Assembly (NCBI GenBank): GCA_022792135.1
Contig: JAAWAM010000016.1
Span: 32,385 to 96,384 of the forward strand
Length of the DNA stretch: 64,000 bases
Direction of reading: 5' to 3'
From: Clostridia bacterium
Lineage (GTDB): Bacteria > Bacillota > Clostridia > TANB77 > CAG-508
This document shows, one piece after another, positions 31,599 through 41,354 of this stretch. The notes under the pieces are model-generated. The model saw only the letters and a list, made by a program, of their open reading frames with translations, was not told the origin of the DNA and made no database searches. Position numbers and translations under genes: made by a program. The stretch's first letter is position 1; the number at the start of each line of letters is the position of its first letter.

Positions 31599-32285
31599 GT
31601 GAAAAAAATGGGAAACAACTGTATTTTAATTGTAGACGATGAATTAAGAATGAGAAAATTAATTAAAGACTTTTTACAAGCCAAAGGATTTAGTACATTA
31701 GAAGCAGAAGATGGGGAAGAGGCATTATCTATTTTTGAAACAAACAAAAACAAGATCAACTTAATTTTACTAGATGTCATGATGCCAAAATTAGATGGTT
31801 GGTCTGTTTTAAGGCAAATTAGGCAAGAATCCAAAGTTCCCATTATGATGTTAACAGCACGAGGAGAAGAACAAGATGAATTATTTGGTTTTGAATTAGG
31901 AGTGGATGAATACATAGCCAAGCCATTTAGTCCCAAGATTTTGGTAGCAAGAGTAGAAGCAATCTTAAAAAGAACAAATCAAAATCAAAAGGAAATGAAA
32001 GAATATGGTGGTATTGCGATTGATAAAGAAGGAAGAACTGTAAAAGTGGATAACAAAGTCATTGAACTAAGTCTAAGAGAATATGAGTTATTGACTTACT
32101 TAGTTGATAATGAAAACATAGCATTATCTAGGGATAAAATATTAAATAATGTTTGGAACTACGATTATTATGGAGACTCCAGAACCATTGATAGTCATAT
32201 CAAAAAGATAAGACACAAGCTAGGAAAAAGAGGAAAATATATCAAAACGATAAGAGGCGTTGGATATAAATTTGAAATAAAATAA
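31599..32285 (+). CDS. OmpR-family response regulator
   Basis: receiver ILIVDDE...LLDVMMPKLDG; winged-helix C-terminus ...TIRGVGYKF. Confidence 0.85.
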   Translation: MKKMGNNCILIVDDELRMRKLIKDFLQAKGFSTLEAEDGEEALSIFETNKNKINLILLDVMMPKLDGWSVLRQIRQESKVPIMMLTARGEEQDELFGFELGVDEYIAKPFSPKILVARVEAILKRTNQNQKEMKEYGGIAIDKEGRTVKVDNKVIELSLREYELLTYLVDNENIALSRDKILNNVWNYDYYGDSRTIDSHIKKIRHKLGKRGKYIKTIRGVGYKFEIK

Positions 32286-32295
32286 AAGGAAGAAG

Positions 32296-33801
32296 ATGAA
32301 AATGAGCCAGAAATGTAGTCCGTTAAAGTCAGTAAGAGTAAAATTATTTTTAACATTATCTTTAGTCATATTGTTAATTATTTCATTTTTGATAGTAGTC
32401 AATAATTTTGTTTTTGGACAATTTTATTTATATAGTAAAAGACAAACATTAAAATCAGTATATGAAACCGTAAATGATTATTATAATAAGGCACAAAGTG
32501 GGGATTTAGAATCAGAATTAGAAAAGATTGCGATACAAAATAATTTTGATATCCTAATTCGAAATAATCAAAATGTTAATGTATATACATCGAATAAAGA
32601 TTTTTATTCAACTTTTGGGCAAATGAATGAAATGACAAGTAGATTTAATACAGGGGCAGGAGAAATGATAGAACAAAGTGACTCTTTTGTGATAAAAAAA
32701 ATTAAGGATAATAAAAATGGAGTAACCTATGTGTTATTAGCCTCTACTTTAGATAATGGATATTTATTATACATTCGAATTCCAATCACTTCCATACAAG
32801 AAAGTGTAAAAATTTCAAATAATTTTTTATATCTAATGGCTGGCTTTGCCATCCTAATTGCAGCGGTTATTGTTTCTTATGTTTCTAGAAGATTTACAGA
32901 CCCAATTTTAGAATTGAACGATATTGCTAGAAAAATGGCAAATTTAGACTTCAGTCATAAGTATCGAATAACCGATGCAGATGATGAAATTAATCATCTA
33001 GGAAAAAGTATTAATGTCATGTCAGATAAATTAGAAAAAACCATCAAACAATTAAGAAGTACGAATATAGAATTAGAAAAAGACATTGAGGAAAAGTCAA
33101 AAATAGATGAAATGAGAAAGAGTTTCATATCGGATGTATCCCATGAATTAAAAACGCCAATTGCTTTAATTCAAGGGTATAGTGAAGGGTTATTAGAAAA
33201 TGTTAATTCCGATGAGGAAAGTAGAAAATTCTATGCAGAAGTAATCTTAGATGAAATCAATAAAATGGATAAATTGGTAAAACAATTATTAGAATTAATG
33301 AAATTAGAATATGGTAAAAGAGAATTTAAGGATAGAAAATTTAATTTAGTAGAGCTTGAAAAAGAAGTAATTCGAAAGTCACAAGTTATCTTAGAAGAAA
33401 AAAGGGTAGAAGTACAATTAGAAACCCCAGAAGAAATTAATGTATTAGCAGATGATTTTTACATTGAGCAAGTTATTAGTAATTACTTAACAAATGCCAT
33501 TAAACATGTAAAGTCCATAGACAAGAAAAGCAAGATTCGCATTACAAATGAAGTAAATATAGAGAAAAATAAGGTACGAATTAAAGTATTTAATACAGGT
33601 GATACCATTGAGGAAGAACATATGAATCGTATTTGGAATCGATTTTATAAAATCGATTCATCGAGGACTAGAAGCAATGGTGGAACAGGAATTGGTTTAT
33701 CTTTTGTAAAAGCAATTATGAATCACTATCAAAACCATTATGGAATGATAAATCAAGAAGATGGTGTAGAGTTTTACTTTGATTTGGATTTAATGATATA
33801 A
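32296..33801 (+). CDS. sensor histidine kinase partner
   Basis: HAMP; H-box ISDVSHELKTPIALI; HATPase GGTGIGLSFVKA. Confidence 0.85.
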   Translation: MKMSQKCSPLKSVRVKLFLTLSLVILLIISFLIVVNNFVFGQFYLYSKRQTLKSVYETVNDYYNKAQSGDLESELEKIAIQNNFDILIRNNQNVNVYTSNKDFYSTFGQMNEMTSRFNTGAGEMIEQSDSFVIKKIKDNKNGVTYVLLASTLDNGYLLYIRIPITSIQESVKISNNFLYLMAGFAILIAAVIVSYVSRRFTDPILELNDIARKMANLDFSHKYRITDADDEINHLGKSINVMSDKLEKTIKQLRSTNIELEKDIEEKSKIDEMRKSFISDVSHELKTPIALIQGYSEGLLENVNSDEESRKFYAEVILDEINKMDKLVKQLLELMKLEYGKREFKDRKFNLVELEKEVIRKSQVILEEKRVEVQLETPEEINVLADDFYIEQVISNYLTNAIKHVKSIDKKSKIRITNEVNIEKNKVRIKVFNTGDTIEEEHMNRIWNRFYKIDSSRTRSNGGTGIGLSFVKAIMNHYQNHYGMINQEDGVEFYFDLDLMI

Positions 33802-33811
33802 AATATAATTA

Positions 33812-33840
33812 AAAGTCCCAGATTTGGGACTTTTATAGGT
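33812..33840 (+). terminator. rho-independent terminator after two-component operon
   Basis: aagtcccagatttgggactttta. Confidence 0.7.
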
Positions 33841-34076
33841 TACTAGCTAGAAGTGTTTTGTCGAATTTTGCGATGAAAAGTTCTTTACAAATGAAAAAAA
33901 ATGTATTATTATGGATACAAGAGTTAACTCAAAATTTTTAAAGTCAAATTTTTAGATTCGTTTAAAGTCTATCCAATCCAGAAGAAAAACAAAATCCAAT
34001 AAAAAGGAGGCAAAAATCAATTAAAACATTTCGTTATAGTACGATCTATATCAATACAGTTAGTTTATTTTTATCG

Positions 34077-34604
34077 ATGATTATTTTTTTTAGTCTAAAT
34101 AGATTTATTTCAAGTTTTAGTATCTTAACAAAGAAAAGTACTTTAAAAGCAGGTTTTCAAGTCGAAAGTCAAATGGAAAATAATCCAATTTATTTCAATA
34201 AAATGCAAGAAAAAGAAACAAAAAAGATTGCTACATGGTATTTAGAAATCCCAAGTATTAATTTAAAAGCAGAGATACAAGAAGGAACAACAAAAGAAGT
34301 TATGGATCAAGCAATTGGTCACTTTGAGGATACTTCCAGAGATATTGGAAATGTAGGATTAGCAGCTCATAATAGGGGGTATGCTAAAAATTATTTTGAG
34401 AATTTAAAAAATTTGAAGGAAGGAGATGTTATTTATTATCAACACCAAGATAGCAAAAGAGAATATATTATTACCAAGCATTGTATTATAAAAGATACGG
34501 ATTGGACAAATTTGGAGGAAACAGAAGACAACACCATTACGCTTATTACCTGTGTTGAAAATCAGCCAGAGTATAGAAGGTGTGTACAAGGAAAAGAAAA
34601 ATAA
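34077..34604 (+). CDS. sortase (class B-like), upstream of its LPxTG substrate
   Basis: GLAAHN region and TLITC catalytic Cys motif; 3' end overlaps the next gene. Confidence 0.65.
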   Translation: MIIFFSLNRFISSFSILTKKSTLKAGFQVESQMENNPIYFNKMQEKETKKIATWYLEIPSINLKAEIQEGTTKEVMDQAIGHFEDTSRDIGNVGLAAHNRGYAKNYFENLKNLKEGDVIYYQHQDSKREYIITKHCIIKDTDWTNLEETEDNTITLITCVENQPEYRRCVQGKEK

Positions 34605-34626
34605 GACAAAGAGAGGAAGGATCAAT

Positions 34627-35955
34627 TTGAACAAGAAAAAAACAAATCATGTTATTAAATTTAGGAGTAGAACAAAAATACAATTTAGCAATCGAATAAA
34701 AAAAATAGGAATCGCACTCATATTATTGGTTTTTAATATTTTAGGAATGATGAATGTAGTGCAGGCAGATACCATAAATTCTGCTAACCTGTATTCGATA
34801 GGAGATTGTGGAAAATTGTTAACTTATAAAGGAGTACCAATTAAAGTAAGTTATATAGAATATACTAACAATGGAATTCATTATCCAGCTTATTGTATGG
34901 ATAAAACAAAACCAGGAGCAGAAACAAATTCTTATACAGTATCGATACAAGATATGGTGAAAGATGTTGGATTATGGAGAAGAATTGTAAATGGATATCC
35001 ATATAAAACACCTGAGGAATTAGGAGTGGTAAATAAAGAAGAAGCTTTTACTGCAACCAAACAAGCTGTATATTGTTATATTCATGGGAATAATCCAGCC
35101 GATTATGGAGCTATTGGAGAAGCGGGAAGTCGAACGCTAAATGCTATGAACAAAATTATCAATGAGGCACAAAATTCAACTGAAACAAAAATATCAAGTA
35201 CCATTACGATTAACAAGGATAGCAATGAATGGAAGCAAGATGTAATGGATAAAAATTATGTATCTAAAATATATTATGTCCAAGCAGGTAGTACAATTCA
35301 AAACTATAAGATAATATTAACCAAAGAGAATGGACAAGATTTAGGAGGAATAAAATTAACAGATGAAAACAATCAAGAAAAGTTAGAATTTCATCCAAGT
35401 GAAAAATTTAAAGTATTAATTCCCATTAAAAATATGATAGAAAAGGGAAGTTTCAATTTAAAAGTAGAAGCAAAAGTAAAAACCAAACCAATTTTATATG
35501 GAGTAGCACCAGATAGTAGTTATCAAGATTATGCTTTAACAAGTGCAACCTTTGAAGATGGAACAGGAAATATAAAAGATGAATACGATAAAAATGAAAC
35601 AAAAATAGTTATCGTTAAAAAAGATCAAGATGATGGTAAGTTACTAGAAGGAGTAGAATTTGAATTATTAAATGAGAAGAAAGAAGTCGTATATACAGGT
35701 TTAAAAACAGATTCAGAAGGAAAAATTATGGTTTCTAATTTAGTGCCAGGTACGTATTATTTAAAAGAAACAAAAACAGTGGATGGCTATGAAATTTATG
35801 ACCAATTAATAAAAGTGGATATAGAACTCAATCAAGAAGTAACAGTAACGGTTCATAATCGAAAGGAAGAGAAGCCAAAAATTGAAACAAAAACACAAAA
35901 AAGTAAAAGTGTAGCTACCAAAGAGGTAAAAAGATTGCCAATAACAGGAATGTAA
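34627..35955 (+). CDS. Cna-B/pilin-fold surface protein with LPITG motif; sorting signal disrupted (stop directly after LPITGM)
   Basis: TTG 34627 after RBS agaggaagg; signal peptide ...ILGMMNVVQA; Cna-B-like VVKKDQDDGKLLEGVEFEL...YYLKETKTVDGYE; ends KRLPITGM*; -1 frame downstream encodes NVKILNFVIIISPLPFKE* (TM + tail) to about 36003. Confidence 0.6.
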   Translation: MNKKKTNHVIKFRSRTKIQFSNRIKKIGIALILLVFNILGMMNVVQADTINSANLYSIGDCGKLLTYKGVPIKVSYIEYTNNGIHYPAYCMDKTKPGAETNSYTVSIQDMVKDVGLWRRIVNGYPYKTPEELGVVNKEEAFTATKQAVYCYIHGNNPADYGAIGEAGSRTLNAMNKIINEAQNSTETKISSTITINKDSNEWKQDVMDKNYVSKIYYVQAGSTIQNYKIILTKENGQDLGGIKLTDENNQEKLEFHPSEKFKVLIPIKNMIEKGSFNLKVEAKVKTKPILYGVAPDSSYQDYALTSATFEDGTGNIKDEYDKNETKIVIVKKDQDDGKLLEGVEFELLNEKKEVVYTGLKTDSEGKIMVSNLVPGTYYLKETKTVDGYEIYDQLIKVDIELNQEVTVTVHNRKEEKPKIETKTQKSKSVATKEVKRLPITGM

Positions 35956-36097
35956 AAATCTTAAATTTTGTTATAATTATTTCACCATTGCCTTTTAAAG
36001 AATGAACAAAAGTTAATTTAAAATCATATTGAAAAAAAAAGAAAAAACGGGTATAATAAGTACAATGATTTTATAGAAAAAAGGAGTAGATAGAAAA

Positions 36098-37426
36098 ATG
36101 TTATCACAACTGTTCATCTTAGCCATTCTAATTTTTTTAAATGCTTTTTTTGCAGCAAGCGAAATTGCATTTATCTCGTTAAATGATGCTAAAATAGAAA
36201 AACAAGCAAAGGAAGGAAATAAGAAAGCAAAACAAATTGAAAAAATGCTAAAATCACCAAGTAAGTTTTTAGCAACGATACAAATAGGAATTACATTAGC
36301 AGGATTTTTATCAAGTGCATTTGCATCTGATGCCTTTGCAGAAAGATTAGCACCTGTATTATATCAGGTTATGCCATTTTTAAGTTTGGGAGTATGGAAA
36401 AGTATAGCCATTATCATAATTACTATTATTTTATCTTTCTTCACACTAGTATTTGGAGAATTAGTACCAAAAAGATTAGCTATGAAACACTATGAAAAAA
36501 TATCTTTTGGAACCATTGGAATTATACGAACTATCTCAATTGTAACTTCACCATTTGTGAAACTATTAACCTTTGTTACCAATACGATATCTAAAATATT
36601 TGGAGTAGGAGAAAATGAGGAAGAATTTGTAACAGAAGAAGAAATTAAAATGATGGTTGACCAAGGAGAAGAAAAGGGAACCATCAAAGAGGAAGAGAAA
36701 GAATTAATTAACAATGTGTTTGAATTTAATGATATTACGGTATCTGAAATTATGAGACACAGAAAAGATATTTTTGCAGTGGACATGAATATAAGTAATG
36801 AGGAATTAATGGAAGAACTGTCAAAAGAAGAATATCGTTATAGTAGAATTCCCGTATATGATGAGACAATCGATGAAATTAGAGGAATTTTATATGTAAA
36901 AGATGTACTGAAAAATATCAATAAGAAAAGCTTTAAAGTAAAAAGTGTAGTAAAGGATGCTTACTTTGTATCACAAAATAGATTGATAAACGAAGTATTT
37001 AAAGAACTACAAAAAAATAAAAAGCAAATTGCTATTATCGTAGATGAATATGGTGGAACGGCAGGATTGATTACAATGGAAGACATATTGGAAGAATTAG
37101 TAGGAGATATTTATGACGAGTATGATAAAGAAGAAAAAGAATTCGAAAAAATTGATGAAAATACCTATTTGTTAGTGGGAAATATTCCAATTTATGATGT
37201 CAATAAAATATTAAATGCGGATATTCCAGAAGGAGATTATGACACACTATCAGGATATTTACAAGAAAAATTAGGTAGAATTTTAGAAGATGAAGAAATA
37301 CCACCAATTATAGAAACACAAAACATGACCTATAAAATAGAAGAATACGAAGATAAGAGAATACTGAAAGTAAAAGCTTGTAGAAATAACATAGAAGAGA
37401 AAAAAGAAGTAGAAACAGAAGAATAA
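36098..37426 (+). CDS. CNNM/HlyC-CorC family protein (DUF21 TM domain + CBS pair + CorC_HlyC)
   Basis: 442 aa; typical architecture; ...LITMEDILEELVGDI... Confidence 0.75.
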   Translation: MLSQLFILAILIFLNAFFAASEIAFISLNDAKIEKQAKEGNKKAKQIEKMLKSPSKFLATIQIGITLAGFLSSAFASDAFAERLAPVLYQVMPFLSLGVWKSIAIIIITIILSFFTLVFGELVPKRLAMKHYEKISFGTIGIIRTISIVTSPFVKLLTFVTNTISKIFGVGENEEEFVTEEEIKMMVDQGEEKGTIKEEEKELINNVFEFNDITVSEIMRHRKDIFAVDMNISNEELMEELSKEEYRYSRIPVYDETIDEIRGILYVKDVLKNINKKSFKVKSVVKDAYFVSQNRLINEVFKELQKNKKQIAIIVDEYGGTAGLITMEDILEELVGDIYDEYDKEEKEFEKIDENTYLLVGNIPIYDVNKILNADIPEGDYDTLSGYLQEKLGRILEDEEIPPIIETQNMTYKIEEYEDKRILKVKACRNNIEEKKEVETEE

Positions 37427-37443
37427 GAAAGAAGGAACAAGAT

Positions 37444-39177
37444 ATGAAAAGAAAATTTATCATTCGAAATATACTGATCATCCTATTAGTTATAGCAGTT
37501 ATAGTAGGAATATCTTATTACTATATTCATCAGAATCATAAAAAATATGAAATTGCAAAAGTAGAACAATATAACTATTTTGTGTTAAAGCAAGAAAACC
37601 GAACCGGTGTAATTGATAGAAATGGTAATAAAGTCATTGAAGCAGAATATGAAGATATCAAAATTCCTAATCCAGAAAAGGCAATCTTTATTTGCTATAA
37701 AGAGGATGAGACAAAAGTATTTAATGCTAATAAAGAAGAAATACTAAAAGATTATGAAGCAGTAGAACCAATTCGATTAAAAAATATAGCCAGTGATTTA
37801 ATGTATGAAAAGAGTGTATTAAAATATGGTAGAGATGGAAAATATGGTCTAATCAATTTGGAAGGAAAGCAAATAACAAAACCAATCTATGATGAGATAG
37901 ATAGTTTACCCTATAAAGAAGGAGAGCTTTTAGTAAAACAAAATAACCAATATGGTGTCATTAATATAAAAGGCAAAAAATTAATTGAAATTAAATATGA
38001 TCAAATTACAGTAGATGGCTATTATACAGATGAAAATGGATATGAATATGCAGGCTATATTATTTCAAATCGAACAGAAGAAGGATATCGTTATGGATAT
38101 AGGAATGATAAAGGTAAATTAATTTTAAAACCTGAATATAATCAATTATCTAGAATTACAGAAATTCGAGATAATGATAATGCCTATCTTTTATGTGCTA
38201 AGAATGGGCAATTTGGTGTTATGAAAAATGAGAAACAACTAATGGATCATCAATACCAATCTATAACCTATGAAGGAACTAATCAACTATTTGTCGTTGA
38301 AAGAAGTAAAAGATATGGAATTGCAAATTTGTATGGAGAAGTAATTGTTCCAACGCAATACCATCAAATCGATATTACAGGAATTTATTTATATGCTAAA
38401 AATGAGCAGGGAACAACGGTATACAATAAGAATGGAACACAAGCTAATATTGATACCAACATAGCTATATTAAATACCAGCAATGACAAATATAGAATCA
38501 GAATTAATAGTGAAAGTGGAACCCAATATGGTGTGATAGGAAAAGATGGAAAACAAATGATAGAAGATAAATATAGTTATCTTGAATATTTGTATGAAAA
38601 TTATTTTATTGTAAGTAATGAAAATTCTAAATTAGGAATCATAGATGACAAAGAGAAGGTAAAGATTGAAATTGAGAATGATTCTCTTCAAAGAGTCGAA
38701 AATACAGAAGTTGTTCAAGCGGTAATGGCAGGTGAAAATCTAACAAAATTGTATGCAAAAGATATGACGAAGATCTGTGAAATGAAAAATGCAAATGTAA
38801 AAGTACAAGGAGATTGGATTAGAATTTATAATGAGGAAGAAATAAGATACTTTAATCGAGAAGGAAAAGAACTAAAAAATTCTGAAGTATATACCAACAA
38901 TGTACTATTTGCTAAAAAAGAAAATGATAAATGGGGATTTGCAGATCGAAATGGAAATATTATGGTTGCGTGTGAGTATGACAAAGTAACAGAATTTAAT
39001 GAATACGGATTTGCAGCTATTAAAAAGGATGGTAAATGGGGCGTTGTTAATTGTTCAGGAAGAGTAGTGCTAGAACCAACTTATGAATTAAGAGGAGAGG
39101 CAGAACCATCTTTTATCGGAACTTATTATGAAGTCAAATACGGATTTGGTGAAGTTTATTATACAGATAACAAATAG
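37444..39177 (+). CDS. WG-repeat (KWG) containing membrane-anchored protein
   Basis: N-terminal TM; many YG(V/L)I(N/D)..GK repeats. Confidence 0.6.
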   Translation: MKRKFIIRNILIILLVIAVIVGISYYYIHQNHKKYEIAKVEQYNYFVLKQENRTGVIDRNGNKVIEAEYEDIKIPNPEKAIFICYKEDETKVFNANKEEILKDYEAVEPIRLKNIASDLMYEKSVLKYGRDGKYGLINLEGKQITKPIYDEIDSLPYKEGELLVKQNNQYGVINIKGKKLIEIKYDQITVDGYYTDENGYEYAGYIISNRTEEGYRYGYRNDKGKLILKPEYNQLSRITEIRDNDNAYLLCAKNGQFGVMKNEKQLMDHQYQSITYEGTNQLFVVERSKRYGIANLYGEVIVPTQYHQIDITGIYLYAKNEQGTTVYNKNGTQANIDTNIAILNTSNDKYRIRINSESGTQYGVIGKDGKQMIEDKYSYLEYLYENYFIVSNENSKLGIIDDKEKVKIEIENDSLQRVENTEVVQAVMAGENLTKLYAKDMTKICEMKNANVKVQGDWIRIYNEEEIRYFNREGKELKNSEVYTNNVLFAKKENDKWGFADRNGNIMVACEYDKVTEFNEYGFAAIKKDGKWGVVNCSGRVVLEPTYELRGEAEPSFIGTYYEVKYGFGEVYYTDNK

Positions 39178-39293
39178 AATAGGGAAGAGTTAATATATGA
39201 TAAGTAAAAAATATGATATATTAACTTTTTTTGATTAAAAACATATAAAGTAGTAAATACTATAGAAAAGTATTTAAGGCAGGAGGGATTTGA

Positions 39294-40148
39294 TTGAAAT
39301 TAGGTTTGGCTTTGTCAGGTGGTGGCATAAGAGGAATTGCTCATGCAGGAGCGTTAAAGGCATTAGAAGATAATGGAATTAAAGTGGATGTCATTGGAGG
39401 TACGAGTGCTGGTTCATTAGTAGCTTCTTTATATGCTTTAGGATATTCTCCCTATTATATTTACATATTATTTAAGAGATATGCCAAAGAGATTGCTGGT
39501 ATTAATTCTGGTCCCATTATTTCTGGAATTGGAAATTTTATGATGAGTAAAAAGGTGGCATTGACAGGATTAAAAACAGGGGAAAGTATAGAGGAAGCAT
39601 ATAATGGTTTGGCTTCAAGAAAAGGAGTAAAAACAATCAAAGATATTGAAAAAATGCCATTGGTAATTCCTGCAGTAGATGTAGGGGAAGCAAAAGAATA
39701 TATTTTTACCAATCGAATTCCCAATGGAAGTACAGATAAAAGTCAATATATAACCGATATTCCAATTGGAAAAGCGGTACGAGCAAGTAGTAGTTTTCCA
39801 GCGGTTTTTTGTCCTTGTGAATTTGAGAATCACAAATTTTTAGATGGAGGCGTATTAGATAATATTCCTGTTTCAGAGGTAAAAAAACAAGGAGCAGAAA
39901 AAGTAATTGCCATTAATTTTAAAGCAGAGGATATTAATGAAGGAAGTAATATGATGGACTTAGCCATGCGAACTATTGATATTATGGGAAATAAAATATC
40001 GGAAGAAAATTTGGAAAAGAGTGATTTTATATTGACAATACAAACAGATAAAACTGGTCTTTTGGATGTAGAAAAATTAGATAGTTGTTATCAATATGGT
40101 TATCAGGCAGTGATTGAAAATCTCGATAAAATAAGAGGAATTTTGTAA
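39294..40148 (+). CDS. patatin-like phospholipase
   Basis: GGGIRG oxyanion motif, GTSAGS nucleophile, DGG. Confidence 0.8.
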   Translation: MKLGLALSGGGIRGIAHAGALKALEDNGIKVDVIGGTSAGSLVASLYALGYSPYYIYILFKRYAKEIAGINSGPIISGIGNFMMSKKVALTGLKTGESIEEAYNGLASRKGVKTIKDIEKMPLVIPAVDVGEAKEYIFTNRIPNGSTDKSQYITDIPIGKAVRASSSFPAVFCPCEFENHKFLDGGVLDNIPVSEVKKQGAEKVIAINFKAEDINEGSNMMDLAMRTIDIMGNKISEENLEKSDFILTIQTDKTGLLDVEKLDSCYQYGYQAVIENLDKIRGIL

Positions 40149-40211
40149 AGATTAGATAAGAATTTGAATACAATATAGGTATAGTGAAAAAATAGAAGGA
40201 ATGTGGTAATT

Positions 40212-41354
40212 ATGGAGATACGATATTTTGATCATGCAGCTACAACAAAAGTAAAAGAAGAGGTATTAGAAGAAATGTTACCTTATTTAAGAGAAAAGTA
40301 TGGAAATCCCTCTTCTATGTATACCATGGGAAGGGAAGCGAGAAAAGCAGTAGAAGAAGCTCGTAAAAGAGTCGCTAAATTGATAAATTGTAAACCAAGT
40401 GAAATTTATTTTACAAGTTGTGGCTCAGAAAGTGATAATATGGCGATTAAAGGGATTGCTTATGCCAATTTTCATAGAGGAAGACATATCATTACTTCTA
40501 AAATTGAACATCCTGCTGTACTTCATACTTGTCAAGAATTAGAAAGAAAAGGATTTAAAGTAACTTATTTAAATGTGGACAGAGATGGAATTGTGGATTT
40601 AAATGAGCTAAAAAACGCAATTCGAAATGATACTATTTTGATTAGTATTATGGCTGCTAACAACGAAATTGGTAGTATACAGCCAATTCATGAAATTGCT
40701 AAGATTGCTAGAATGTATAATATCACATTTCATACAGATGGTGTGCAGGCTTGTGGAAATATTTTGATTGATGTACAAAGAATGGGAATTGATATGCTAT
40801 CTTTATCAGGACATAAAATATATGCACCAAAGGGAATAGGAGCTTTATATGTAAGAAATGGAATTCCGTTTGAAAGATTAATAGAGGGAGGGCATCAAGA
40901 AAATAATAGAAGGGCAGGAACAGAAAATGTAGCCCAAATAGTTGGATTAGGAAAAGCCTGTGATTTGGCAAGAATTCATTTTAATCAACATAAGGAACAC
41001 TTACAAGAAATAAGAAATTATTATATTTCACAAGTAGAAGAAAAAATTCCAGATGTTAGTTTGAATGGGTCTAGGGAAAAAAGGTTACCAGGAAATGCTA
41101 ATTTTTCATTCCAAAAGGTAGAAGGAGAAGCGTTATTGCTAAATTTAGATGCGAAAGGAATTTGCGCATCAGCAGGTTCTGCTTGTTCTACTGGTTCTTC
41201 TAAGCCATCTCATGTTTTATCAGCAATAGGATTATCAGATGAATTAGCATATGGAGCTTTAAGAACAACATTTGGAGAAGAAAATACGAAAAAAGATATT
41301 GATTATTTAGTAGAAAATTTGGTAGAAATAGTGGGACGATTAAGAAAAGCTTAA
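40212..41354 (+). CDS. nifS: cysteine desulfurase (NifS/IscS family)
   Basis: PLP-lysine motif SLSGHKIYAPKGIGALY; active-site loop SAGSACS. Confidence 0.8.
   Translation: MEIRYFDHAATTKVKEEVLEEMLPYLREKYGNPSSMYTMGREARKAVEEARKRVAKLINCKPSEIYFTSCGSESDNMAIKGIAYANFHRGRHIITSKIEHPAVLHTCQELERKGFKVTYLNVDRDGIVDLNELKNAIRNDTILISIMAANNEIGSIQPIHEIAKIARMYNITFHTDGVQACGNILIDVQRMGIDMLSLSGHKIYAPKGIGALYVRNGIPFERLIEGGHQENNRRAGTENVAQIVGLGKACDLARIHFNQHKEHLQEIRNYYISQVEEKIPDVSLNGSREKRLPGNANFSFQKVEGEALLLNLDAKGICASAGSACSTGSSKPSHVLSAIGLSDELAYGALRTTFGEENTKKDIDYLVENLVEIVGRLRKA

Noticed and set aside
34077-34604. Possible frameshift at the sortase 3' end (short tail after TLITC)
   Set aside because: The tail YRRCVQGKEK is compatible with the conserved Arg-containing beta-strand of sortases. 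The overlap with the next gene is explained by a separate TTG start at 34627.
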